Positions 56,174 to 64,000 of a stretch of DNA of 64,000 bases are shown here, in pieces (the stretch's first letter is position 1; each line of letters begins with the position of its first letter). The notes beneath the pieces were generated by a model. That model did no database searches and had not been told where the DNA came from. It worked only from the letters and a program-made list of their open reading frames with translations. The translations under genes were made by a program, and so were the position numbers. Location of the stretch: assembly GCA_964452465.1 (NCBI GenBank), contig CAYVMD010000002.1, forward strand, positions 9,702-73,701, read 5' to 3'. The DNA comes from an uncultured bacterium. GTDB taxonomy: Bacteria; Armatimonadota; JACIXR01.

Positions 56174-56662
56174 TTAGCGAAGTTCTACGAGTTCCGCAAA
56201 GAGGGTCTCCAAATCGAGGATAGCCACCGTCGCTCGCCCCGTGAGCCACCCGCAGGTCTCGCCGGGATTGATGATTAACGCCTCCCCTTCCCTCTTTATC
56301 TCCGCCTGATGCGTGTGTCCCACTACAACGATATCGAACTCCCCGCTCCTGGCGAGGGCGGAGGAAAGGATGGGCTCATGCATGAGGACGAACCTCTTCC
56401 CATTTATCTCGAATATGGCGGGTTGGACCTTTATCTCCCCGAAGGAGGAGATCCTCTCTTTCAAGAGAAGGCGTTCCCCATCGTTATTCCCAAAGACAGC
56501 GATGAGGGGGCGCTGGAGCCGGGCGAGGAGAGGAAGGGTGAAGGGGGCTACGAAATCCCCTGCGTGGATAACCCTCTCCACCCTTCTCTCCTCGAATATA
56601 GCCACCGCCTTCTCTATGTTGGCGAGATGGTCGTGGGAATCCGCCATTATCCCTATCTTCAT
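56174..56662 (-). CDS. YfcE/MJ0936-type metallophosphoesterase (phosphodiesterase)
   Basis: MKIGIMADSHDH...HAGDF...GNND...GHTHQ motif series; 162 aa. Confidence 0.75.
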   Translation of the reverse strand: MKIGIMADSHDHLANIEKAVAIFEERRVERVIHAGDFVAPFTLPLLARLQRPLIAVFGNNDGERLLLKERISSFGEIKVQPAIFEINGKRFVLMHEPILSSALARSGEFDIVVVGHTHQAEIKREGEALIINPGETCGWLTGRATVAILDLETLFAELVELR

Positions 56663-56693
56663 TCTCTCTCCCCTGACCTTCTAAACTACTTAT

Positions 56694-57815
56694 TTAAACG
56701 GGGAGGGCGGTGGATTTGGACATCTCCTTGACCTCCTCTGCTGTTACCTCCCGTTGCAATTGGGCGGAAAGATAGACGCCTTCCGAGATCAACATGGAGG
56801 TAAGGGCTATCTCGGCGGTGGGAAGGAGGGGAACCCTGCCCTGGAGGGCAGCAACCCAGTGCTGTTGGGGGCTATCGTAGGCATCTGCTACATCGGGGTA
56901 GTTGACGGTGTGCCAGCGCCAGACGGCGGAATCCAGATTTATATTTATATCCATCTCCAAATCCGCCAGATTGGTGAAGAAGGCAAATGGCTCCAGCCTT
57001 ATCCCGCCCAGGCTACCGAAGATTGCTGATCCCTCCAACGAGTTATAGTGAACCGCCCAAGCCTCAAGGATGTCCAGGGAGATATCCTTCTCCATGTTAA
57101 CCAAAGCGACGGCAAATTCCTCCACATCGTATCCGCTCATCTCTTTTCTCTTCTCGTCCATGGGGGTCTTTTGGTATATCCTGCCCGATATGCGGAGGGG
57201 TTGAGGATTGCCCATCAGAAAGAGGAGCCGGCAGATCTGGTAGACGCCCGTGTCGTAGAGGGCACCGCCTCCCGCCTGGCTCTTCTGGACGAAGGAAGGG
57301 CTCCCGTAACCATCCACGAAGGGTCTACCCCGCCGGCGGATGCCCACGGAACGGGCATGATATATCTCACCTAAAAGCCCAGCCTCTATTATCTGCTTCG
57401 CCGCTTTCGTTTCCCGAGAGAACAGGGTAGCCACTTGGATGCTAAGCATCTTGCCCATCGCCTTGGCGGTTTCCCACATGGTCAGGGCATCGCGGTAGGA
57501 GCCAGCCATGGGCTTCTCACAATAAACATGCTTCCCTGCTTTGAGGGCTTCCACCGTCACCGGCATATGGAGGTTGTTGTGGAGACAGACATCCACCGCC
57601 TCTATCTCCTCATGCTTGAGGAGGTCCCGGAAGTTGGTATAGGCATAAGGTATCCCATAGAGGGAAGCAACCCTCTTCGCCTCCGCTTCGTTGATATCCG
57701 CGACCGCTACTATCTCTACGCCTCCTATCCGCTTATAGTTCTCTATGTGGTGCTTCCCGATCTGCCCAACGCCTATTATCCCAACCTTTACCGTCTTACC
57801 CTTTGCCGTGCCCAT
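56694..57815 (-). CDS. Gfo/Idh/MocA-family oxidoreductase
   Basis: [14 protein letters not shown] Rossmann N-terminus; [14 protein letters not shown] block. Confidence 0.75.
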   Translation of the reverse strand: MGTAKGKTVKVGIIGVGQIGKHHIENYKRIGGVEIVAVADINEAEAKRVASLYGIPYAYTNFRDLLKHEEIEAVDVCLHNNLHMPVTVEALKAGKHVYCEKPMAGSYRDALTMWETAKAMGKMLSIQVATLFSRETKAAKQIIEAGLLGEIYHARSVGIRRRGRPFVDGYGSPSFVQKSQAGGGALYDTGVYQICRLLFLMGNPQPLRISGRIYQKTPMDEKRKEMSGYDVEEFAVALVNMEKDISLDILEAWAVHYNSLEGSAIFGSLGGIRLEPFAFFTNLADLEMDININLDSAVWRWHTVNYPDVADAYDSPQQHWVAALQGRVPLLPTAEIALTSMLISEGVYLSAQLQREVTAEEVKEMSKSTALPV

Positions 57816-57847
57816 AAGCCAATTTCCTGCCCTAAGTTCAACTTAAC

Positions 57848-58615
57848 CTACATAGACGCCAGGATCTGCTTCAGGTTGACCAGGCAGAGGCGGACGCATT
57901 CCAGGGGAGGATAGGCGTAGCTCTCCTGCTCCACTATGTACCATTCCGTGTTTCCTATCGTCTCGCAGAGGGAAAGGAACTCCTTCCACTTCATGTCCCC
58001 TTCTCCGATTACCGCCTTGTCATTGGTGGCGGAGAACTCCTTGAGGTGAACGGTTATCTGGCGTCCCGGATAGCGCTTCATTATGTTCAAGATCTCGTCC
58101 GCGGAGACTCCTCCGTGCATGGCATTCCCGGTGTCCAATTGCATGAATACATCCGGGCTGGTGTTCTGGAAGAAGATGTCCCAGGGAATCTCCCCATTTA
58201 GGGGCTGGAACTCTATCATATGGTTGTGATAGCCGAGGCGCATCCCTTCCGCTTTCGCCCTTTCCGCTATCTCGCTGAAGATCTTCGCCGTCTCCAGCCA
58301 AGCGTCTTTACTCGAGGTCCTCTCGGGAGGAAGACCGGGCACAACGAGATTGATGTTGCCTATTGTGCGTTGGAACTCCACCGTCTTGGGGAAGTTATCC
58401 CCTAAAAGGGTGTCCAATCCCAAGTGTGCCCCTGCGACCTTCAGACCGAATTCGTCCAGGAACTTCTTCCATTCCTCCGCGCTATAACCGTAATCTCCCG
58501 CCAACTCTACCCCTTCGTAGCCCATCTCCGCTACAGCCTTTAGGGTTCCTCGGAGATCCTTCGCGCAATCCTCCCGCACGGAATAGAGTTGTAACGCTAT
58601 TTTAGGCTTTGCCAT
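57848..58615 (-). CDS. Sugar phosphate isomerase/epimerase (xylose-isomerase-like TIM barrel)
   Basis: IALQLYSVRE..., GYEGVELAG, LGYHNH, E..Y family blocks; 255 aa. Confidence 0.7.
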   Translation of the reverse strand: MAKPKIALQLYSVREDCAKDLRGTLKAVAEMGYEGVELAGDYGYSAEEWKKFLDEFGLKVAGAHLGLDTLLGDNFPKTVEFQRTIGNINLVVPGLPPERTSSKDAWLETAKIFSEIAERAKAEGMRLGYHNHMIEFQPLNGEIPWDIFFQNTSPDVFMQLDTGNAMHGGVSADEILNIMKRYPGRQITVHLKEFSATNDKAVIGEGDMKWKEFLSLCETIGNTEWYIVEQESYAYPPLECVRLCLVNLKQILASM

Positions 58616-58749
58616 GGCAACCTCTCCTTTCTTTTAAAGTTGTTTCTATGATTATAGAGAACGAGCAAAAGTTTGCAACACAAAATGATTTACAAGCAAG
58701 GAGGGGTATGATAAAATGGCAAAAATCCTAAAGAAGGGGTGGTTTACCT

Positions 58750-58977
58750 GTGGAAGGTTTCATATTAGCAGCGCAAGGCTTCACTATACTAGCGCTTGGT
58801 TTCGTGTTAGTGGTGTTGATTCTGATATTGAGGGTGCAAGTCTACGGCTTCCCTCGCAGTCGGGTGACCGCTCCCAGCATAGTCCTCCCCATCATTTTGA
58901 TGGCCTTTGGGCTTTTGTTTTTCGGCTTTGGTCTTTACAAGGCACTCATGATGATGGTGGCTAAAGGCGGAGGGTAG
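58750..58977 (+). CDS. Possible small two-TM membrane protein (75 aa)
   Basis: Two clear hydrophobic helices (FTILALGFVLVVLILIL; IVLPIILMAFGLLFFGFGLY); competes with overlapping ORF 58716..58964, which has a better SD (AAGGAGG). Confidence 0.3.
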   Translation: MEGFILAAQGFTILALGFVLVVLILILRVQVYGFPRSRVTAPSIVLPIILMAFGLLFFGFGLYKALMMMVAKGGG

Positions 58978-59039
58978 GTTTCTTACTACCTATCCTATCC
59001 TCTATTACCGGATCCAAAGACGGAATCGAAAGTAGGATA

Positions 59040-62000
59040 TTGCGGGTGCGGCTCTTTCTCCTCTCCTTTTCCCTCCTTCTTTCCTTCGCTCAAGGCGTGA
59101 ACAAATTGCCCAACTCCAGTTTCGAGTTTCCCTCCCTACCCGATAAGCCCCCCTTATTTTGGAGGACCTATAACCTTCCAGGTGAGGTCCTCGCCCTAAC
59201 TGATAACTCCGCCTCCCATTCAGGCAAACAATCCCTGCGCCTCTTCGTTCCCTCAACCGTTCCCCTTAGTTGGTATGGATTACAACAGGAGTTTCCCGTG
59301 ACTCCCGCGGGGCAAAAGATAACGCTTAGCGTATACATAAAGACCAAAGGTCTGAGGGGAGGGGTAGGTGCTTACTGTTCCATCAATTTCTTCTCTGGCT
59401 CCCAGCGAATCGCCTTCTTCGATAGCGAGGAGAAGGTAATGGGGGACAGCGATTGGCGGAGGGTATCCACCTCCTGCGTCGTTCCCCCTGGTGCCAATAG
59501 GATGTCCCTAATTTTGGTCGTCCATGGTTTCGGCACCGCCTGGTTCGACGATGTCCAACTGGAGGAGGGGGAGAGTGCTACCCCCTATACCCCCTCCCTT
59601 TATGATTTAGAGTTGACCAAGAAGGTTTCCTCACAGGAAGAGGGAAGGAGGATGTTCATGAAGAGAAAGCCTAAAAGGACGGAGGGCAAGGATATAGCCA
59701 TATTCTTCGAGAGGAATTTCCCCTGCACCCCGGGCACCCCTTCCATCGATAAACTCGCCTCCAAATTGAAATCCGCCGGCTTCAATGTTTACCTCCTGGG
59801 CGCCGACGAACTGAAGAACCCCCTTATCCTCTCCAAGAGCAATTTCGATCTCCTCATCCTACCTTACGGTCCCTACTTTCCCGCCGCCTCCGCCCCTGCC
59901 ATCTCCCAGTTCCTGGCTGAGGAAGGGAGCCTCCTCACCATTGGGGGCTATGCCTTTGACACCCCCCTCTTCTTTTTGGATGGGAAGTGGTTCGAGAAAA
60001 AGGAACTCCCCATCCCTGCGGGGGAGGGGATCCCCATCCTCGAATTGGAGCGGGGGCAAAAATGGTTCCTGAGCCTCCCTGCTGGCTCCGCTTCCTATGA
60101 GATAACGGAAGAGGAAGGAGAACATGTCCTCGTCTTCAAGGTGAGGGAACTTCAAAGATGGGCGACCTTGAATTCTCCGCCCATCGATCCCTCCTTGATG
60201 CCCTCCGATTTCCTAATCACCTCCTTCAAGGCGAAGGGGGACGAGAACACCAGGAAGATGATCTTCGAGTGGAAGGAAAAGGATGGTTCCCGCTGGCAGA
60301 CGGTTGTGGATTTGACGCCCCAATGGCGAGAATATCGCATCTCCATTGGCGACCTTTGTTATTGGCAGGATAACCCCTCCATAGGGAGGGGCGGAGAGGG
60401 AGATCGCTTCCGCCCTCGCGATGCCGATTCCTTCATGTTTGGCATCTCGGAGACGGAGGCGCCCTCGGGCAGGTCCTATACCTTTTATGTGAAGGACATA
60501 AGGGTTATGCCCGACCCTCGAGGAGAGGAAATCGTCTTTGATAGGGTTGTAAATACTCGCTTCGGCAGGTTGCAGGATGCCATGTGGCCCTCCCCCGAGC
60601 AGATCGGCGTCTTCGATCCCTCCCACCCCTTGGAGGACGCCCTCTTGGCGAAACCCCTCCCCGAACAGAAGATCTTCCCCTTGAACCTCGCTCTCAAAGG
60701 TCCCTTCACCGGCTATGCAGCGGTGGGACCCATCGGTAAGGGGGCGGGGCATGGTTTTGGTCCCAATCAGGCACGCATCCTCCCCCTCATCCAAACCTAC
60801 GACGAGCACGGGCGCATAAGGGGCTATTTGTCCAGCATAATCCACAATTACGATGGTTATTATAAGAACTCCAGTTGGGCGCTCTTCGGGGTTGATAACC
60901 TCGACCTCTTCACGGAGAACAGGCTTCTCCCTTACCTTCCTTTCCTTGTGAGAACATTGGTGGAAAAGACCTATCTTCTCTATGCCCGTGCCCAATACGC
61001 TTGCTATCGACCGGGAGAGGCGGTCAAATTGGTGGCGGAGGTGGCTAACGCTGGTCCTCAAAAGAGGGATCTAAGTTTGCGGTTGGAGTTAAGGTGGGAG
61101 GAGGATGGGAAACCCTTCTTCCTCAAGGAGGAGAGGATATCCTTGAACAGGGGGGAGAGGAAAAAGATCGAGGTGGATTATAAGATCCCCTCGGAGGAGA
61201 AGAGGGATTTCGCCTATGTAGTTTGCTCCCTCCTGGAGGGCGGGGAAGCGAGAGATGAGTACAAGGACGCCTTCGTGATCTGGCAGGAGGCTCTCTTGAG
61301 GGGTGAAAGACCGAAGATAGAGAATTCCTACATTTGCTTAAACGATGAGCCCCGCCTCCTGCTTGGTTCCCAACTCTGGTGGGGTCAGGTGGGAAGCGTT
61401 ACCGCCTGCTCTCCCCTCCTCTGGTCCAAGGACTACCAGATGATGGAGGATTTCGGGCTCCACTTCACCCGTTGCTTCCTCTGGCCCACCTGGCAGGCTA
61501 CGGAGGAGAATAAGCGGGCGAGCGACGCCCTTGTCTACTTAGCCCAGAAGCACAAAATCCTCATGTTCTATACCCCCAACCTCTTCAACTCCCTGGATCG
61601 AAACGCCCTCAAAGAGCAGGAGGAATATGTAAGGGAAATAGTTAGGAGGTACCGCAAGGTTCCCCTCTTCCTCTTGGATATATGCAACGAACCCTCCCTA
61701 ACGAGGACCGATGATCCCTTCCATCGGGAGGAATTCCAGGAGTTCCTCAAGGACCGTTATCCTTCCTTCGACGCCCTGAAGAAAGCTTGGGGGGAGAGGT
61801 TGACGGAGAGGGGTTGGGAGGAGATAAAACCCTCCTCCCTCTTCTCCTCCCGGGAGGATGTGAGGGCAAGGGATACCAATCTCTTCTACATCTCTTGGCA
61901 GAGGAAATGGTACGGCACGCTTTATGAAGTAGCAAAAAAGGAAGATCCTACCCTCCCCACCTCTGTGGGATGCCTACAGGGTTTCGGCTGGGGGGATACC

Positions 62001-63398
62001 ATATACGATCCCATACTACTCTCCCAGGATCTGGATTTCACCAACCGCCATTATTATGGCGACCTCTCCGTCTTCCCCTTGGAATTGAAGGAGATAGATT
62101 TTAAGTGGCTAGGGAAACCCTTAAGTCTCGGCGAGTGTGGGGCGAGAAACCACCCCGGCTTCATCAATCAACAGGAGGACACGCCGGACTATAACAGGCG
62201 CTTTCTCTTCCTCACTCACATCACCTTCGGGATGGGCGGTTCCTTTATGAACACCTGGCACTGGCGCGACCCCATGGAGGGAATCTTCCCCTTCGGACAG
62301 CTCCACGCCGACTTCGCCCCTCGTCAAGCCCTATACATAATGCGGGCGATGGCGCTCCTCTTCGCTTCCCTTCGCCCTCGCTATGAGAGACCGAAGATAT
62401 ATGTCCTCGCGCCCCAACAGGGATTCGTTTCGGGGGAGAGGATGGCTTTCCACGATGCCTTCCGAAGGTGCCTGCGCGTCCTCCTGGAGTTGAAGGTGGA
62501 TTTCGAGGTGATAACGGAGGAGAAGCTCCCCCTCCTTCCCAGCGATGCCCAACTTTTGTTCTATCCCTCGCCCTTTGCCATCTCCCAGGCGACCTTCGGG
62601 CAACTCCTGGATTTCCTGAACAGGGGTGGCAAATTGTTCCTAAGCGGGGACATATCCCGGGACGAGAGCCTAAAGCCGGTTAACGAGGATAGGCTGAAGT
62701 TGCTCTTAGGGGAGGCAAGCGAGGAGGTAAGTGGATTGAGGATAGGGAGAAGGGGAAAGGGCGAGGTGTTTTATCTTCCCCAGGCGTTAGAGATGGAGGG
62801 GAAGAGCGAGGGCAGGTTATACGAAGTTTACAGAACGGTTCTGGAAAGGGCAGGGGTGGAGCGCCTACGGATAAGCCCAGAGAGGAGGGATCTCCTGGCG
62901 TTCCGCCTTCCCACCAAGGAGGGAGGGGAAGCCTTTTTCCTGATAAATTACGGCAAAGGGGGACGCTTTGCCTGGCAGGGGATGGAGGTGGAGTTGGGTG
63001 ATATGTCCACTGGTTTCCTCCATATCTCCCAAAGAGGCGAGGTCCTCTCGCTGGAAGCCCAAGGAGAGGTGCGCTTAAATGAGGAGAGGATAATTAAGGG
63101 CGACGGGCATTTCGTCATCCTTTCCCTCAGTGGAGAGGATATCCGCAGGAGCAGATCCCTTGCCATCCTTCCCCTTAGCGAGGGAGAGGTGGAGATAGTC
63201 CATCGGGAAGGGGAGTTGAAGGGAGAGGTAGGGGAGATAAGAGAAGGAAGGTGGGTGACATTAGCTAAGCCCTTGCTGAGAAGGGAAGGGGATTCCCTGA
63301 TGGTGGAGGTGCCTGCAAGCCATAAGTTCACGATAATCCTTTTGGGGGCGGATCTGGAGGAAGCAAAGAAGAGTATATTAGCCCTCTCCGCTCTTTAA
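59040..63398 (+). CDS. Large secreted multidomain clan GH-A glycosidase (GH42-like beta-galactosidase-type) with N-terminal CBM4_9-like domain
   Basis: Signal peptide; CBM4_9-like N-domain (NSSFEF...LSVYIKT...GTAWFDDVQLEEGE); putative acid/base motif LLDICNEPS in the TIM-barrel region; two GH42M/glutamine-amidotransferase-like segments (DLLILPYGPYF...; LPLLPSDAQLLFYPSP...LFLSGD). Confidence 0.5.
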   Translation: MRVRLFLLSFSLLLSFAQGVNKLPNSSFEFPSLPDKPPLFWRTYNLPGEVLALTDNSASHSGKQSLRLFVPSTVPLSWYGLQQEFPVTPAGQKITLSVYIKTKGLRGGVGAYCSINFFSGSQRIAFFDSEEKVMGDSDWRRVSTSCVVPPGANRMSLILVVHGFGTAWFDDVQLEEGESATPYTPSLYDLELTKKVSSQEEGRRMFMKRKPKRTEGKDIAIFFERNFPCTPGTPSIDKLASKLKSAGFNVYLLGADELKNPLILSKSNFDLLILPYGPYFPAASAPAISQFLAEEGSLLTIGGYAFDTPLFFLDGKWFEKKELPIPAGEGIPILELERGQKWFLSLPAGSASYEITEEEGEHVLVFKVRELQRWATLNSPPIDPSLMPSDFLITSFKAKGDENTRKMIFEWKEKDGSRWQTVVDLTPQWREYRISIGDLCYWQDNPSIGRGGEGDRFRPRDADSFMFGISETEAPSGRSYTFYVKDIRVMPDPRGEEIVFDRVVNTRFGRLQDAMWPSPEQIGVFDPSHPLEDALLAKPLPEQKIFPLNLALKGPFTGYAAVGPIGKGAGHGFGPNQARILPLIQTYDEHGRIRGYLSSIIHNYDGYYKNSSWALFGVDNLDLFTENRLLPYLPFLVRTLVEKTYLLYARAQYACYRPGEAVKLVAEVANAGPQKRDLSLRLELRWEEDGKPFFLKEERISLNRGERKKIEVDYKIPSEEKRDFAYVVCSLLEGGEARDEYKDAFVIWQEALLRGERPKIENSYICLNDEPRLLLGSQLWWGQVGSVTACSPLLWSKDYQMMEDFGLHFTRCFLWPTWQATEENKRASDALVYLAQKHKILMFYTPNLFNSLDRNALKEQEEYVREIVRRYRKVPLFLLDICNEPSLTRTDDPFHREEFQEFLKDRYPSFDALKKAWGERLTERGWEEIKPSSLFSSREDVRARDTNLFYISWQRKWYGTLYEVAKKEDPTLPTSVGCLQGFGWGDTIYDPILLSQDLDFTNRHYYGDLSVFPLELKEIDFKWLGKPLSLGECGARNHPGFINQQEDTPDYNRRFLFLTHITFGMGGSFMNTWHWRDPMEGIFPFGQLHADFAPRQALYIMRAMALLFASLRPRYERPKIYVLAPQQGFVSGERMAFHDAFRRCLRVLLELKVDFEVITEEKLPLLPSDAQLLFYPSPFAISQATFGQLLDFLNRGGKLFLSGDISRDESLKPVNEDRLKLLLGEASEEVSGLRIGRRGKGEVFYLPQALEMEGKSEGRLYEVYRTVLERAGVERLRISPERRDLLAFRLPTKEGGEAFFLINYGKGGRFAWQGMEVELGDMSTGFLHISQRGEVLSLEAQGEVRLNEERIIKGDGHFVILSLSGEDIRRSRSLAILPLSEGEVEIVHREGELKGEVGEIREGRWVTLAKPLLRREGDSLMVEVPASHKFTIILLGADLEEAKKSILALSAL

Positions 63399-64000
63399 TC
63401 CGAGGGGAGGAGGGGATAGCCGATCGCCTTCATCTGGAGAAGGGCGCGATAGTATTCCCTTATCTCCTCCTGGGAGAGGGGGATCTTAAGGATGATCAAC
63501 TCGTCGATGGCAAGGGGGTCTCCTGCTTCCCCACCATAGGCTCCTCCCCCTAAGGAAAGGTTCTGGATATTGTCGGTGGGGCTGAACCTCCTGCCCCTCA
63601 ACCTGACCTGGGCGGTCAACTCCCCATCCATATAAACGGAGAGGAGGGAGCCACCCTGGATGACAAGCGCTTGGTGATGCCAGACGCCTGGGCTCAGGTC
63701 GAGGCGTTGCCGCAGGGGATACCAATAGATATAGTTGACATTTTGGATGTGGGGGAAGTAATAAACCTGCAGGACCGCACCTGTGTCGTTGAGCCCGCAC
63801 CAACCGTCCCCTCGGGCGAAGTGGGAGATATAGCCTTTATCCCCCCAAAGATGAACCAGACCGAAAGAACCATTTTGGGGCAAAGCCTCCCTCAAGGACC
63901 ACCAGAAGGAGATGGTGAGGGCGCCCTCCGGGGAGAGGGATTTGCCCTGCAAGAGGATACGATGGGAACGCGTGGGGATGGCGCAAAGTCCCCTTATCCC
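63395..64000 (-). CDS. C-terminal LamG/ConA-like lectin domain of a gene whose 5' end lies beyond the window
   Basis: LamG-like jelly-roll pattern (LSLGGGAYGG...AIDELIILKIPLS, ...YMDGELTAQV); the frame remains open to the window edge. Confidence 0.4.
   Translation of the reverse strand, partial: GIRGLCAIPTRSHRILLQGKSLSPEGALTISFWWSLREALPQNGSFGLVHLWGDKGYISHFARGDGWCGLNDTGAVLQVYYFPHIQNVNYIYWYPLRQRLDLSPGVWHHQALVIQGGSLLSVYMDGELTAQVRLRGRRFSPTDNIQNLSLGGGAYGGEAGDPLAIDELIILKIPLSQEEIREYYRALLQMKAIGYPLLPSD

Overview
This 64-kb window comes from a high-GC (~58-60%) bacterium. TonB-dependent receptor and prepilin-type H-X9-DG proteins indicate a diderm, and the E/K/R/W-rich proteins point to a thermophile. 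Family content fits Planctomycetota/Verrucomicrobiota/Armatimonadota-like saccharolytic organisms, but no taxonomic call is made. The window is dominated by secreted carbohydrate-active enzymes: BNR/sialidase-like, two DUF4838 (GH20-like) paralogs, a DUF4091 (GH123-like) protein, several clan GH-A TIM-barrel glycosidases with CBM9, CBM4_9, LamG and discoidin modules, a sialate O-acetylesterase and a PfkB sugar kinase. Other enzymes include two ceramidase-N-domain-like hydrolases, Gfo/Idh/MocA oxidoreductases and a sugar-phosphate isomerase. Housekeeping genes are interspersed: argG-argH, pilT, an archaeal-type PEP carboxylase and a DedA-family protein. There are no rRNA or tRNA genes, CRISPR arrays or transposases. 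Two small low-GC islets stand out: an orphan SPPY-type DNA methyltransferase (9.45-10.56 kb), and a 4.6-kb island (51.5-56.1 kb) with two NHL-propeller paralogs, a TolB-like propeller and an NlpC/P60 peptidase. Each propeller paralog sits behind a duplicated ~133-bp promoter/leader cassette. Other unusual features are a conserved promoter-through-first-12-codons cassette shared by two adjacent unrelated genes, a frameshifted DUF1559 pilin-like gene behind a 47-bp tandem promoter duplication, an internally deleted DUF1559 remnant that keeps the same 17-nt upstream motif, and a gene set that together resembles a glycosphingolipid-type catabolic suite (inference). Long antisense ORFs in the track are treated as GC-driven artefacts. 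All calls rest on motif-level reading of the translations, so family assignments need HMM/BLAST confirmation.
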